In this document: in pieces, positions 1 through 57,799 of the stretch
Numbering within the stretch: position 1 is the first letter of the stretch
How the letters are laid out: every line of letters begins with the position of its first letter
Assembly (NCBI GenBank): GCA_030324005.1
Contig: JARDVH010000084.1
Location: 31,566,653 to 31,630,652, forward strand
Direction: 5' to 3'
DNA from: Negaprion brevirostris
Lineage: Eukaryota
Length of the DNA stretch: 64,000 bases
The notes under the pieces: model-generated
Database searches by the model: none
Told to the model about the DNA's origin: nothing
What the model saw: only the letters and a program-made list of their open reading frames with translations
Position numbers and translations under genes: made by a program

Positions 1-2177
1 AGTTGTTGTGGTTTTGATCCCAAAGTCTAAATTTCTAATACAAATTATGAATGGTGGTTCCAGAACTGATTGTTGTAAGGACTGCACTTCCCACTTTCTG
101 AATAGTTACCCTTTACTCCTGCTTTCTGTCTTCAGGCTAGCTAGCCAGTCTTTCTGCTTAAGTGTGCACGTTCTCACTTTATCCATTTATCTATTATGTC
201 GCACCTTTTGCAAATCTAAATTAAATGTTCTCCATGCTGTAGTCCATGGTGATCCCTCATGTGGTCCATGGGCTGGTTCAAAATACATGTCACTGACGCA
301 CATTGCGAGGGCTGTGAGGATGAAAAGTATTAGATTACATATTGGAAGCTTTGGTGAAAGAAGTAATGGAAATTCAGAGGTGCACTGACCATAGCAACTT
401 CAATATGAAAGAAAGATGTGGAAAGTCGCAGTGAAAGAGCACAAGCACAATTTGAGCATTCTTGGCTGGTTCTGTNNNNNNNNNNCAGGAAGGACATGGG
501 CACGGATGACCATTAAGAGAAAAATACTTATCCCAAACAAAATATAATAAATATACATTTATTTGCATTTAATAGGACTTTCTTATTCTTGAGTTATCAG
601 TTGGAAGTACAATTTTCTGTTAATAGGTCCAACTGCTATTATGTGCTACAAGTTTTTCTCTGCTGTTCTCTCTTATGGTGGGAAATGGAAGATTTAAAAC
701 ATAGAACTCAGCTCTTATGATCTNNNNNNNNNNNNNNNNNNNNNNNNNNNNNNNNNNNNNNNNNNNNNNNNNNNNNNNNNNNNNNNNNNNNNNNNNNNNN
801 NNNNNNNNNNNNNNNNNNNNNNNNNNNNNNNNNNNNNNNNNNNNNNNNNNNNNNNNNNNNNNNNNNNNNNNNNNNNNNNNNNNNNNNNNNNNNNNTTACT
901 TCATCGCAACCCAATGATTTTAAAAAAGTGTGTTTGCAAACTGCTGTTAATTCCTGAAAGTACTTATTCCCCTGCATCATTTTTGGGGGGGGTTACTCCA
1001 GTGATAGAGTGGGGAATTCCTCTTGGAAAGAGGTCTGGAAGGGCTAACTTCAGACGCTTCTGCCAGCTTTACCCTCATTGTTACACTGAAAGGGTTAAAT
1101 GAAATAAAAGCAAATCTAACTTCAGTGTAATTTTTAAAGACTGAGACCGAGACCCACATGGGACATCTCCCTCACCTGAATCCATAACACAGCTTGTGCC
1201 CATGAAAAGGAGACTTGTTCTTCTTAACTGCATTCTATTTTCACCGTGCTGATGCAACCAGAGGCGCACTTCACTGCTCCTGTCTCACCCTTCCTAAGTG
1301 AGGAAGGTCGGGTGAGATGGGGCTTTGGATTTACAGCAAAGGTAAGTCCCTTCTGTGTGGCAGTCTGATGCTTATTGCCACTCTGAGGAAGTTAACAGAT
1401 CTTCTCAAGTAAGCAAAACCTGCTGAACTTTGTAAGGGAAATGGCAAGATAGTTGGAGCGAAACACTTGCTGCATTTTGTAGTGAGTTCTTGGAATAATA
1501 CAGTTTAAAACTGACAACGCTATTGCACAGTACAGAGAGCTTAGCTNNNNNNNNNNNNNNNNNNNNNNNNNNNNNNNNNNNNNNNNNNNNNNNNNNNNNN
1601 NNNNNNNNNNNNNNNNNNNNNNNNNNNNNNNNNNNNNNNNNNNNNNNNNNNNNNNNNNNNNNNNNNNNNNNNNNNNNNNNNNNNNNNNNNNNNNNNNNNN
1701 NNNNNNNNNNNNNNNNNNNNNNNNNNNNNNNNNNNNNNNNNNNNNNNNNNNNNNNNNNNNNNNNNNNNNNNNNNNNNNNNNNNNNNNNNNNNNNNNNNNN
1801 NNNNNNNNNNNNNNNNNNNNNNNNNNNNNNNNNNNNNNNNNNNNNNNNNNNNNNNNNNNNNNNNNNNNNNNNNNNNNNNNNNNNNNNNNNNNNNNNNNNN
1901 NNNNNNNNNNNNNNNNNNNNNNNNNNNNNNNNNNNNNNNNNNNNNNNNNNNNNNNNNNNNNNNNNNNNNNNNNNNNNNNNNNNNNNNNNNNNNNNNNNNN
2001 NNNNNNNNNNNNNNNNNNNNNNNNNNNNNNNNNNNNNNNNNNNNNNNNNNNNNNNNNNNNNNNNNNNNNNNNNNNNNNNNNNNNNNNNNNNNNNNNNNNN
2101 NNNNNNNNNNNNNNNNNNNNNNNNNNNNNNNNNNNNNNNNNNNNNNNNNNNNNNNNNNNNNNNNNNNNNNNNNNNNN

Positions 2178-2292
2178 AATGCTGGAAAATCTCAGCAGGC
2201 CTGGCAGCATCTGTAAGGAGAGAAAAGAGCTGATATCTCAAGCTTTGACACAGGGTTATCTGGACTGAGATTTTCCAGCATTTTCACTTTTG
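2178..2292. mobile_element. Small Penelope-type terminal-repeat relic (second family), with inverted ends
   Basis: aatgctggaaaatctcag (2178-2195) is the exact reverse complement of 2265-2282; related degenerate copy at about 27610-27710. Confidence 0.55.
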
Positions 2293-2956
2293 CTTTATAA
2301 TAGTGGTGTTGTATTCAGAATGTCTTCGTAATTCTAGTGTTGTACATACAGTATGTTGTAGTAATTGAGCAAGTTAAGGTTTTATTTGTCTTGGATATTC
2401 TGAAATACATAGTCCAGATATGAGAGAGGATGTAGGGAAAGCTATCTTAATCTCACGGTTTGTGTTCTGGCAATCTCTTTACAGTTTCTGGTGAGTTATA
2501 GCCATTTATTATTTTTCCTCCTGTCCTGTTGTATTGTACAGATTAGTGAGATTCCAGTTGGATTCCTTTCAAATCTGAGATGTGTTTTGGCACTTCTAGC
2601 TTCCCCAAAAATGATTTAAACTGGATTTCATATTATATGTCTTTTGTTCTGGCACTCCATATTTTAATTATGGATAGTTTTTATGTTAAGTTATAACAGT
2701 ACAAAAATTTACTTTTATCATGTTTGCTGTTATAATAGTTAAAAACTTATGCCTTATGCATGATACCTATATTGCGCTGTCAAACGGGGCAATATATCAA
2801 CTGCTGGTAGGATTTCCGGTCCCAAAAATGTTTGCAAAAATCTGGAAGAATTAGGAGGAAGCAGAGAATTTGACAATAACTTCACATTTTCTCATTTGCC
2901 ATAGTCATATTTGATCCAAGTTGAAACTTTTAATGAAGTTTGTTTTGCGTTTGTAG

Positions 2957-48663
<45,707 letters not shown>

Positions 48664-50200
48664 TTGATAATTCCCAATTGTAGGAAAATGGGGCATCAGC
48701 ACCTAACTATAAAACCTTTTTTTGGAGGTTACTTAAAGCTGCATGTTTGACTTTGTATCCATACACTATTGCAAAAAAAAACTCAATGGGATGTGTACGA
48801 ATAGTTTAGCATTTTAACACTATATTCAGTTTTGGGGACAAGTCCTGTGCTGCCGATATGCTACAGTTTTATTTTTGTTTTGGAAGTGAGCTGATATTTC
48901 AAACAGGGTAGCTGGCATTATTTTTCCACTCTACTGCTAACGCCAATTTTGATTTCAAGTTGGACCAATTATCTTTTTGTAGATAGCAAAGTGGATGATA
49001 ATTTCCGTGTCCGCTGATTCAATCAGAAATGCCATAATACATGAGTGAGGACAAGATATTTAGCTTACATATCATCTCTGTTTTCTACTTTTTCAAATTT
49101 ATGTGACTCCCATTTTCATAATGTTTGTAATGTGCATTGACATCTGTATACGTGCAACCCAAGTTTGCCAACAAATTATTTACTAGGTTCTTTGTTGTCA
49201 TGGTGTTGCCTGAACCCTGAGCTCTGTAATGTAATTTGTCACTATGCAAAGTAATACATTCCTGCAGAGCATTTGACAGTGTACTGTAATTTTTCTTTTT
49301 TGTATTAATGTATCTGAGAAATGTATCTTATTTATTGTAAATATACATATGACAGTCTTGGATGTCTTTCTGGGTTTGTGCCACATAGATATTTTGTTGT
49401 CATGGAGAGATGTAGTGAATGTGTAATGGAAGTACTTTCACAAAAAAGTGAGCATTTAAAAAAAAATACATTTTAGTACTTATTTAATCAATGCAGAATG
49501 TCACCACGAACTATGGCAGTAGAGTTCCTTGTGTTGCATTATTATAGCATGTTGGCTTTAACCCCATCCCTTCCAATGTACTGAACTTCTTACCACATTT
49601 CAAAATGTGTATATTNNNNNNNNNNNNNNNNNNNNNNNNNNNNNNNNNNNNNNNNNNNNNNNNNNNNNNNNNNNNNNNNNNNNNNNNNNNNNNNNNNNNN
49701 NNNNNNNNNNNNNNNNNNNNNNNNNNNNNNNNNNNNNNNNNNNNNNNNNNNNNNNNNNNNNNNNNNNNNNNNNNNNNNNNNNNNNNNNNNNNNNNNNNNN
49801 NNNNNNNNNNNNNNNNNNNNNNNNNNNNNNNNNNNNNNNNNNNNNNNNNNNNTGTTATGTTAATGATGTATTGCACTAATAGAACATGGAGCTTCTGCTA
49901 GCTTAACAATCATAGATTGCCTTGTTTTATTAGTAGCTCCATTTTGCTAAATGTGTCAGTTAGTTCGACTGAGTAAGTTTGTTATCGGTTAATACTGACT
50001 AATTTTAATTGCTGTGTTTAACCTTTTAAAATAAAAAGAAGAAAAAAAGGAAAAAAAAGGAAAAGGTTCTGCAGAGTACTGTGGAGCCTGTGCTTTTGCT
50101 CACAGTGCATCTGACTGATTTCTTTCTGCTATAATGTTTTCACTCAAAGTTAATGAGGAAAAATACTTGAAATAAAGGGGGTGTGTTTACTGCCGTGAAT
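48664..50200 (+). other. MAST2 3'UTR (inferred, contains one N gap)
   Basis: AT-rich and free of recognisable TEs until 50288; ends after AATAAA hexamers. Confidence 0.7.
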
Positions 50201-50230
50201 CAAAAGTACTGCTTTTTTGTGTTTTTTTAA
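50171..50230 (+). terminator. Polyadenylation signal AATAAA (50171-50176) with downstream U/GU-rich element; alternative AATAAA at 50030-50035
   Basis: AATAAA followed about 35 nt later by gcttttttgtgttttttt. Confidence 0.65.
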
Positions 50231-50439
50231 ATTCATTTGCTAATTTGGGGTGAGGAATGTCCTTGTTTTCTAAATGTTTCAGTCCCTCATAGAAACTAAA
50301 AGCAGGAGTAGGCTATTTGGCCTTTGAAGCCTACTCTGCCATTCATTTTGATCTTGGCTGATCATCGAATTCAATATCCTGACCCCCACCCCCCAAATAT
50401 CCCTTGATCCCTTTAGTCCCAAAATCTATATCTCATTTC

Positions 50440-50751
50440 TTCATGATTAAGAATGGAAAAATAGATTATGAAAGTAAGCTAGTGGGGAACATAAAAACTA
50501 ACTGTAAAAGTTCATCTGGTATGCAAAGAGAAAAAGATTGACAAATCTGCACCTCTTAGAGTCAGAAAGAGAATTCATATTGGGGAATAAAGAAATGGCT
50601 GAGGAGTTAATTTCGTATTTTGCTTTCACAAAGGAAGAAGTGAACATGTTTCAGTGAGCAGCTGAAGGAAATCAGCATTACTATAGAAATGGTTTTGAGG
50701 AAATTGATGGGATTGAAGGTGGATAAATCTTCAAGTCCCGATAATCATCCC
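50440..50751 (+). mobile_element. CR1 ORF2 fragment, truncated by the Gypsy LTR
   Basis: KEMAEELISYFA; VLRKLMGLKVDKSSSPDNHP (KSPGPD-HP-like). Confidence 0.75.
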
Positions 50752-51053
50752 TGTGATGTGTTGGTACATTTATGGAACTCTTGTTCGAATTCCAAAATGA
50801 TAATGATCACCTGGTATGATGATACTTGGGTTCCTTTATGCAATCTCTCAAATCATGGACAAAGGGTTAGTAAACAATAAGTACGTTTGATTTATTTTAA
50901 AACTACAACTGTCTCAACCGACGCACCTAGTCTGGAAATTTATCAACACCATTACTTAAAGCTGCACTTGCTACTACAATCAGTTACTGGTCACATGCTA
51001 CTTTACATCCTTGTGCAATACACTACTGGCTTATTCTTTTAAATGATGTCACA
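50752..51053 (-). repeat. Putative 3' LTR (about 302 bp) of the Gypsy element
   Basis: Inverted termini TGTGA...TCACA; polypurine tract gaaaaaggga immediately 5' on the minus strand (51058-51067); internal AATAAA on the minus strand near 50895. Confidence 0.7.
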
Positions 51054-52254
51054 GCATTCCCTTTTTCAACCTCAAGATAACATTACATAAGTGGTTGCAA
51101 AATCTTTCTCCATAAATAGTAGATCACTGTTCATCAATTGGGAGTTTAAGAATCTGTAGGTATCTTACTAATCTTCCCAAATCTCATGATGTATGACAAT
51201 CTTGATTTATTGGTTTGGTGATCTTAACTTGTAGATACATTGCTCTCCTGCATATTGTCGAACTGATAATTATTTTCATGATGGCCTTCCACAATTTGAC
51301 ATTGAGTCCATCTTTGGATGTGTTCTCGATGTATTTGGAATGCTGGGTGTTGTGCAGTTGTACAATTCCCTTAGCTGACTTCTGTTTCTCCATAACATCA
51401 CCCCATTAAGTGTTGCGACCTCATAAGATCTAGGCTTACTGTACACTTGTGATATTTTCACTAGTAACCAGGTTTCCTGGTTAGGATGTATAACCTGAAT
51501 GTATTGTTCTACATGCAGACTAAGCAGTTCCGCACCTTGGTCATATGCCATCTTCCTTCTCCCTTGTTTTCTGAAAGATTTCTTCCTCTATTATTAGGAT
51601 TTGGAAAGGAGGTGGCTTGGCAAGGTTGTTCTAACCAGCCTCTCAAACATGATTTCTGCTGAGAACGGTAGGCCCATCCCTAAAGGTGTTGCCATCGAAT
51701 GTAATTTAGCAAGATGGAGATCTTGTTCTGTTTCTCTGCACTTCACGATTAGTACCTTAACGGTGTGAAACATTTGTTCGGCAAAACCACTCAATCTAGG
51801 ATAGTGTGACAAGTCTGCCACATGAGTTATGCCTCATTTAGCACACGCATCCCTAAAATGGCTGAAAGTACATGGTTGTCTGACATAATGCCTTCAGGTA
51901 TACCCAAAAAATTGAGCATTGAGCTCATTGTGTCCACCACAGATGCCCTCACAATATCCTTCAATTGTCTGATGATTGGTTACTTTTCCATGTTTTCAGT
52001 GATTAAGAGAAAGTTGTTGCCATAGACAGTGAATAAGCCTGTTGCAATTTTGGTTCAAATATGTGATGTAATCTCAACAGGGTGTAGTCATTTTGTTTGT
52101 TGGTGTGGTTGGAAACTCTGGCATGCTTCGCACATCCTGATTACCATCTCAACGTTGGTTTTGAACCTTGGCCAAAACACACTTTCTCTTGCCAAGTGCC
52201 TTGTTCGCTGTATGCCCAGATGCTACTGGTGTAACTCTGGCATAGAGCTTCAGG

Positions 52255-52510
52255 AAGTCTCACAACACCAGGTTAAAGTCCAACAGGTTTATTTGGTAGC
52301 AAACATCACTAGCTTTTGGGGCTTTGCCCCTTTTACAGGTGAGACTTCATCTGTTGGACTTTAACCTGATGTTGTGAAACTCACCTGATGAAGGGTCAGA
52401 GGCCCGAAATCTAGTGGTGTTTGCTACCAAATAAACTTGTTGGACTTTAACCTGGTGTTGTGAGACTTTTTACTGTGCTTACTCCAGTCCAATGCTGGCA
52501 CCTCCACATA
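52255..52510. mobile_element. Miniature palindromic Penelope-derived element inserted in the Gypsy integrase region
   Basis: Arms about 52255-52343 and 52380-52468 inverted; central partial third copy; flanking ttcagg repeat; tail extension on the right side. Confidence 0.85.
52382..52416 (+). ncRNA. Minimal type I hammerhead ribozyme-like motif
   Basis: cac-CTGATGA-a-gggtc(aga)ggccc-GAAA-tc-TA-gtg: catalytic boxes, stem II and stem I (cac/gtg) present; helix III has tc where other copies have gc. Confidence 0.65.
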
Positions 52511-54004
52511 ATAGTTTCAGGTACAGGCACCTGCATTCCTTTGAAAATCAAACCCCTTGAAATTAATTTCTGTATGGCCAAAAGCATCTTTGGGTGTTTG
52601 GAACCTCCTGCATTGCATCAGGCTGACCTTCTACAATAACTTTCTATAGTGCCTTCAGTCATGGAGCATTTGCTTTTTCCTCATGAATTCGGTTGCACTT
52701 GAATTGATCAAAACACGTCAAACTGACAATGAGTGTATCTTCTACTTTGATATCTACTCCTACTCACAGGGCCATGCTGGGTCCACAGGTTTTTTTAAAT
52801 TTGGTTACCCAGTCTGTCTCTGAAATTACCATTTTGTACCTCGGTTTGTAACCATCTTTGAAGTCGTATCTCAATCTTAATTCAAAATCACTCTCATCTG
52901 AGTGGTGCACTGTCAATGGCTTGTGCAAAATCATTTCCAATATTTGTAGCAAATTACCACATTAAATTGTTTACCAGAAAGATATGTGTAGGACCAAATA
53001 TAAAAACAAATCCCTCGCTCTTCATGTTCAAAATAGTTGGATTGTACTTGTGATGCACCTTTGGAACCAAATGCAATTGGTTTTTCCATCTTGAATAATG
53101 CACAGTCCTAAGGCTTTCTGAGATGCCTCAGGCCCCAAGACCACCACCTTTCTTGGGTCAGTGTATTTATTGTAGAACACCGGTCTCTTCTGACGTGTCG
53201 ATTGTCCTCCTACCATACATAAAGAACTTCCTCCTTTAACGGTCTCTAAGCAATGATGCTCTATCACCAAAGTTGGGTATGTATAGCGCTGAGAAATTGA
53301 AGAATCCGAAACATCTCCGCAGGAGAGTTGTAGGCAAACACAGTACATCTTCAAGCTTGCCTGGGTCAGGACAGATCCCAGAAGCTAAATAAGTAGAGCC
53401 AAAAAAAAATCTGACTCACATTCACTGACGTTTCTCACTGTTGAAGNNNNNNNNNNNNNNNNNNNNNNNNNNNNNNNNNNNNNNNNNNNNNNNNNNNNNN
53501 NNNNNNNNNNNNNNNNNNNNNNNNNNNNNNNNNNNNNNNNNNNNNNNNNNNNNNNNNNNNNNNNNNNNNNNNNNNNNNNNNNNNNNNNNNNNNNNNNNNN
53601 NNNNNNNNNNNNNNNNNNNNNNNNNNNNNNNNNNNNNNNNNNNNNNNNNNNNNNNNNNNNNNNNNNNNNNNNNNNNNNNNNNNNNNNNNNNNNNNNNNNN
53701 NNNNNNNNNNNNNNNNNNNNNNNNNNNNNNNNNNNNNNNNNNNNNNNNNNNNNNNNNNNNNNNNNNNNNNNNNNNNNNNNNNNNNNNNNNNNNNNNNNNN
53801 NNNNNNNNNNNNNNNNNNNNNNNNNNNNNNNNNNNNNNNNNNNNNNNNNNNNNNNNNNNNNNNNNNNNNNNNNNNNNNNNNNNNNNNNNNNNNNNNNNNN
53901 NNNNNNNNNNNNNNNNNNNNNNNNNNNNNNNNNNNNNNNNNNNNNNNNNNNNNNNNNNNNNNNNNNNNNNNNNNNNNNNNNNNNNNNNNNNNNNNNNNNN
54001 NNNN

Positions 54005-54230
54005 ATAAATGTCCTTGTTCCAGGGACAGGGAGATGATATCTGCTGTGGTGAACCTGTTGCGGTGATAGGCAAACTAGTGGATCCAGGCAATCTGAGAGA
54101 CCAGTTGAACAATGGAAGGCCGTGGGAAAACTGTGGGGAAGGAAGCTGGATCCCAATAATGTAACATGACATGCAGACAAACACGGGGGTCAAAGGGATA
54201 CACATCACTTACTGGAAGAGAATAGATGAA
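54005..54230 (-). mobile_element. Rex1/Babar LINE fragment
   Basis: Minus strand DCLDPL/FAYHRNRFTTADII-like, homologous to about 56440-56500. Confidence 0.6.
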
Positions 54231-55959
54231 GACTCCAGAGGCAGTGGGTTGAAGTCCAAATGGGGCATGGGTGGCTCCTGATAATGGGCCGAGGGTGGGG
54301 TGGAAGGAGTTGAATGAAGAACAGACTTCCTCTTTTGACTGCTAGCCTTTACCCTCTGGGTTGCTGACATCATGCATGGTCTGGTGAAAGCTGGGGAGAA
54401 TAATGTGTGCGCTGAACTGGTGTTTAAATATGGCACCAGGACCTATGAAACCCCCAGCTGAGGGTGGGCTGACAAATTGGCTGCCCTGGCCAGTGGGACA
54501 GCTGGAGCTACCTGCAATCACACTTGAGCCAGAATTCTCCCATCCAGCCCACCACTGAAATTCTAGTGGGCAGGGGGTGGACAATATAAAGGTCCATTGA
54601 AGTCAGACAGGAATCTTCAGTTTTCAGGCAAGCAAGACTGGAGAAGCCCACCCTTTGTCTCAAAATGGGAGAATTCAGCCTTATGTCTTAGACTCTTTGT
54701 GCGTCTTTTCCAAATCCCTAATCCCCATAAACATGACTATTTTTGAAATCCTTTTATTACACAAAGGTCTGATCAAATCTCAAACTTCAGAAGACTTACT
54801 GAATCGGCTGAAATGGAACTATTCAAGTTACTCATGTTTCTGACCTTATTACATGCAGACTGGTGGCCAGCGGAAAAATTAAAAGCTTTCTTCGCTATTC
54901 ATTTTATACATGATTTCAGTTTGTTTTGTTCTGGTTAAGTATCCAGTTCTAATCTTATAAATCAGTATCATGGCACTTTTCAGGATGACTGCTACTGCTG
55001 CAGCTTTGTACGTTATAGAAAGATCGCACGATTCATTATGCAATATCTGCATTCGCATATCCATTTTGCAAATCTATTGAATATGAAGTCATTTTTGAAT
55101 CATATTTTTCCTTTACAGTTGAATGCATTTCATCTCTAGCACTTAATTTAAAGTCTGTACTTGAATGTTTAATCTTTCTATTCCATACTCCCAGAGCTGA
55201 TTCATTTCAATTGATTCCTTTAGACACTATGTAGGAGATACCAACGTATTCACTTAAATATGGCTTATCTCAATGTCTTTTAATTATTTAGTTCTTGTTC
55301 AAAAGGAAGAGACTTACTAAATTGGACCAGTATTAGTTTACCTGCCCGTGGAGGTAGTGTGTCACACCAGATAAACTATGCATTGGGTGTTAAATAAAGC
55401 TGCATTGCATTGGAAACGTATTCTTTTTTGTCATCATCACGGTAATTCTTGTAAATAAAACCTTCTTGTCCCTATGCGCTCAATACTACTGTCAAATTTG
55501 CTTTGATTAATTATAATTCGGGTGCACTGTGTAGTTCTTTGGCCCATCTTCTCAAGCTGAACAGAACAACAGATAATGGAATCAGATTCTGAGTAGCTAC
55601 TTGCAGGAGATGAGTGGAGCCACCACCATCTGGACGGAAGTGGTTGGAGGTTCGAACCATTTTCATGGTCAGCTTCATCCTCGTTTTCTCAATGATCTGC
55701 AAATCCTCAATCAAAAAGAGGCTTTAAATCCAGTGCAGTGCAGAAAGACAATACCAGTGGAGGATCATGTATCAGGGTGTATGTTTTGAAACCTTTATTC
55801 CTAATTTCTTTTGAACGACCTGTAGCAATCTCATTAAGAACTGTTTATTATCAACAAGTTGGGGGAGGCAATGAACTAACAATCCAGAGGTCTGAGTCAA
55901 AAGTTAGGGGATAAAGGCACAAGTTCCTATTTTCTGTAGAGTCCCAGGCTAGCCACACT

Positions 55960-57662
55960 GACCCCCGCTGACTATAGCATGGTCTGCAAGACATAACAGG
56001 CTACAAGATTAAAGCATATAAAATCATCAGTTCCAACACACCTCTCCCTGATGAGCTCAGTACATTCTATGCCTGTTTTGAGCAAGAGATCAACAAGACC
56101 ATGCCCTCCATCCTGGAAGTTCTGGATGAACCTGTATCTGGGGTCACTATTGCAGATGTCAGAGCAACTTTCTCGAAGGTCAACCTATGGAAAGCAACTC
56201 TCTTGGATGGGGTTCCCTGACGAGCACTCAGATCCTGTGCAGGTCAGCTGGTGGGGGTATTCGCAGACATCTTCAACCTCTTTATAACAATCTGAGGTCC
56301 CAATCTGCTTTAAGAAGATCCTGATACTTAAGAAAAACCAAACAGTGTGCCTTAATGACTATGGCCAATGGCTCTGACATCCATCATTATGAAGTGATTC
56401 GAAAGGCTAGTCTTGGCATGAATTAAATTCCAACCTCCCCGACTACCTGGATCCATTACGGTTTGCCTACTGTCACAACAGGTCCACAGCAGATCCCATC
56501 TACCTGGCCCTGCACTCAACCCTGGAATGCCTAGATAACGTAGACACCTATGTCAGACTCCTATTTATTGACTACAGCTCAGCTTTTGAAACTATTATTC
56601 CCACGAAATTCATCTCCAAACTCCGTGGCCTGGGCCTGGGCCTTGGCTCCCCTTGCTGTGACTGGTTCCTCAACTTCCTAACTCTTAGACCACAATCAGT
56701 AAAGATAGGCAACAACACCACCTCCACGATCATCCTCAACACCCGTGCCCCACAAGGCTGTGTTCTCAGCCCCCTACTTTACTCGTACACTTGTGTGGCC
56801 AAATTCCCCTCCAATTTGATTTTCAAGTTTGCTGACGACACCACCATAGTGGGTTGGATCTCAAACAGTGACAGGACAGAGTACAGGAATGCGATAGAGA
56901 GTCGGGTAAACTGATACAGCGGCAATAATCTCTCCCTCAATGTCGACAAAACGACGGAGATTGTTATCAACTTCAGGAAGCATAGCGGAGAACATGCCCC
57001 TCTCTGTATCAATGGGGATGAAGTAGAAAGGGTCAAGAGCTTCACGTTTTTAGGTGTCCAGATCACCAACAACATGTCCTGGTCCATGCCAACACTATAG
57101 TTAACAAAGCCCACCAATGCCTATACTTTCTCAGAAGACTTAGGAAATTTGGCATTTCAGCTACGAGTCTCACCAACATTTACAGATGCACCATAGAAAA
57201 CATTCTTTCTGGTTGTATCACAGCTTGGTATGGCCCCTGCTCTGCCCAAGACCGCAAGGAACTACAAAAGATCATGAATTTAGCCCAATCCATCACGCAA
57301 ACCAGCCTCCCATCCATTGACTCTGTCTACATTTCATGCTGCCTTGCAAAGCACCCAGCATAATTAAGGACCCCACGCAACCTGGACATTCTCTCTTCCA
57401 GCTTCTTCCTTTGGGAAAAAGATATAAAAGTCTGAGGTCACATAACAACCGACTCAAGACCTGCTGCCCTGCTGCCGTCAGACTTTTGAATGGACCTACC
57501 TCGCACTAAGTTCATCTTTCTCTACAGCCTAGCAATAGCTGTAACACTACATTCTGCACTCTCTCCTTCTGTGTGAACGGTATTCTTTGTCTGTATAGCA
57601 TGCAAGAAACTATATTTTTCACTGTATAGCAATACATGTGACAATAATAAATCAAATCAAAT
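55960..57662 (+). mobile_element. Rex1/Babar-clade LINE, 5'-truncated, with degenerate RT and intact 3' end
   Basis: [87 protein letters not shown]; ends aataataa(atcaa)n. Confidence 0.9.
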
Positions 57663-57799
57663 GTGCGTCATTGCAGTCTCCTTAAATGCATCGTTTACAA
57701 CATCAATCACATGAGGAAATACTGCTATGGAGTCTCCATGGCAAACTGATTAAACTGATATCTTCTTTTGTGGATATTCTTGAAAGGGCTCATTTGATA

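Larger units (their letters stand above)
50752..53430 (-). mobile_element. Ty3/Gypsy LTR retrotransposon remnant (RNase H, integrase, PPT, 3' LTR)
   Basis: Minus-strand fragments: EASQKALGLCIIQDGK, HKPL, ARESVFWP...MCEACQ (integrase Zn finger), FLGIPEGIMSDN, HYPRLSGFAEQMFHTVK, ATPLG...SAEIMFERLVRTTLP, PRSY. Frameshifted and with stops. Confidence 0.88.

Noticed and set aside
1245-1390. snoRNA (H/ACA or C/D) interpretation of the hairpin region
   Set aside because: An ACA follows the hairpin, but there is no ANANNA H box at the expected hinge and no canonical RUGAUGA C box.
1392-2241. Long ORFs in the supplied track here and at 5183-5860, 10669-11334, 37578-38538 and 53422-54208
   Set aside because: They are open only because N runs contain no stop codons.
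55511-55789. Short overlapping ORFs in apparently unique sequence
   Set aside because: No recognisable motif or convincing splice pair; the length is expected by chance.
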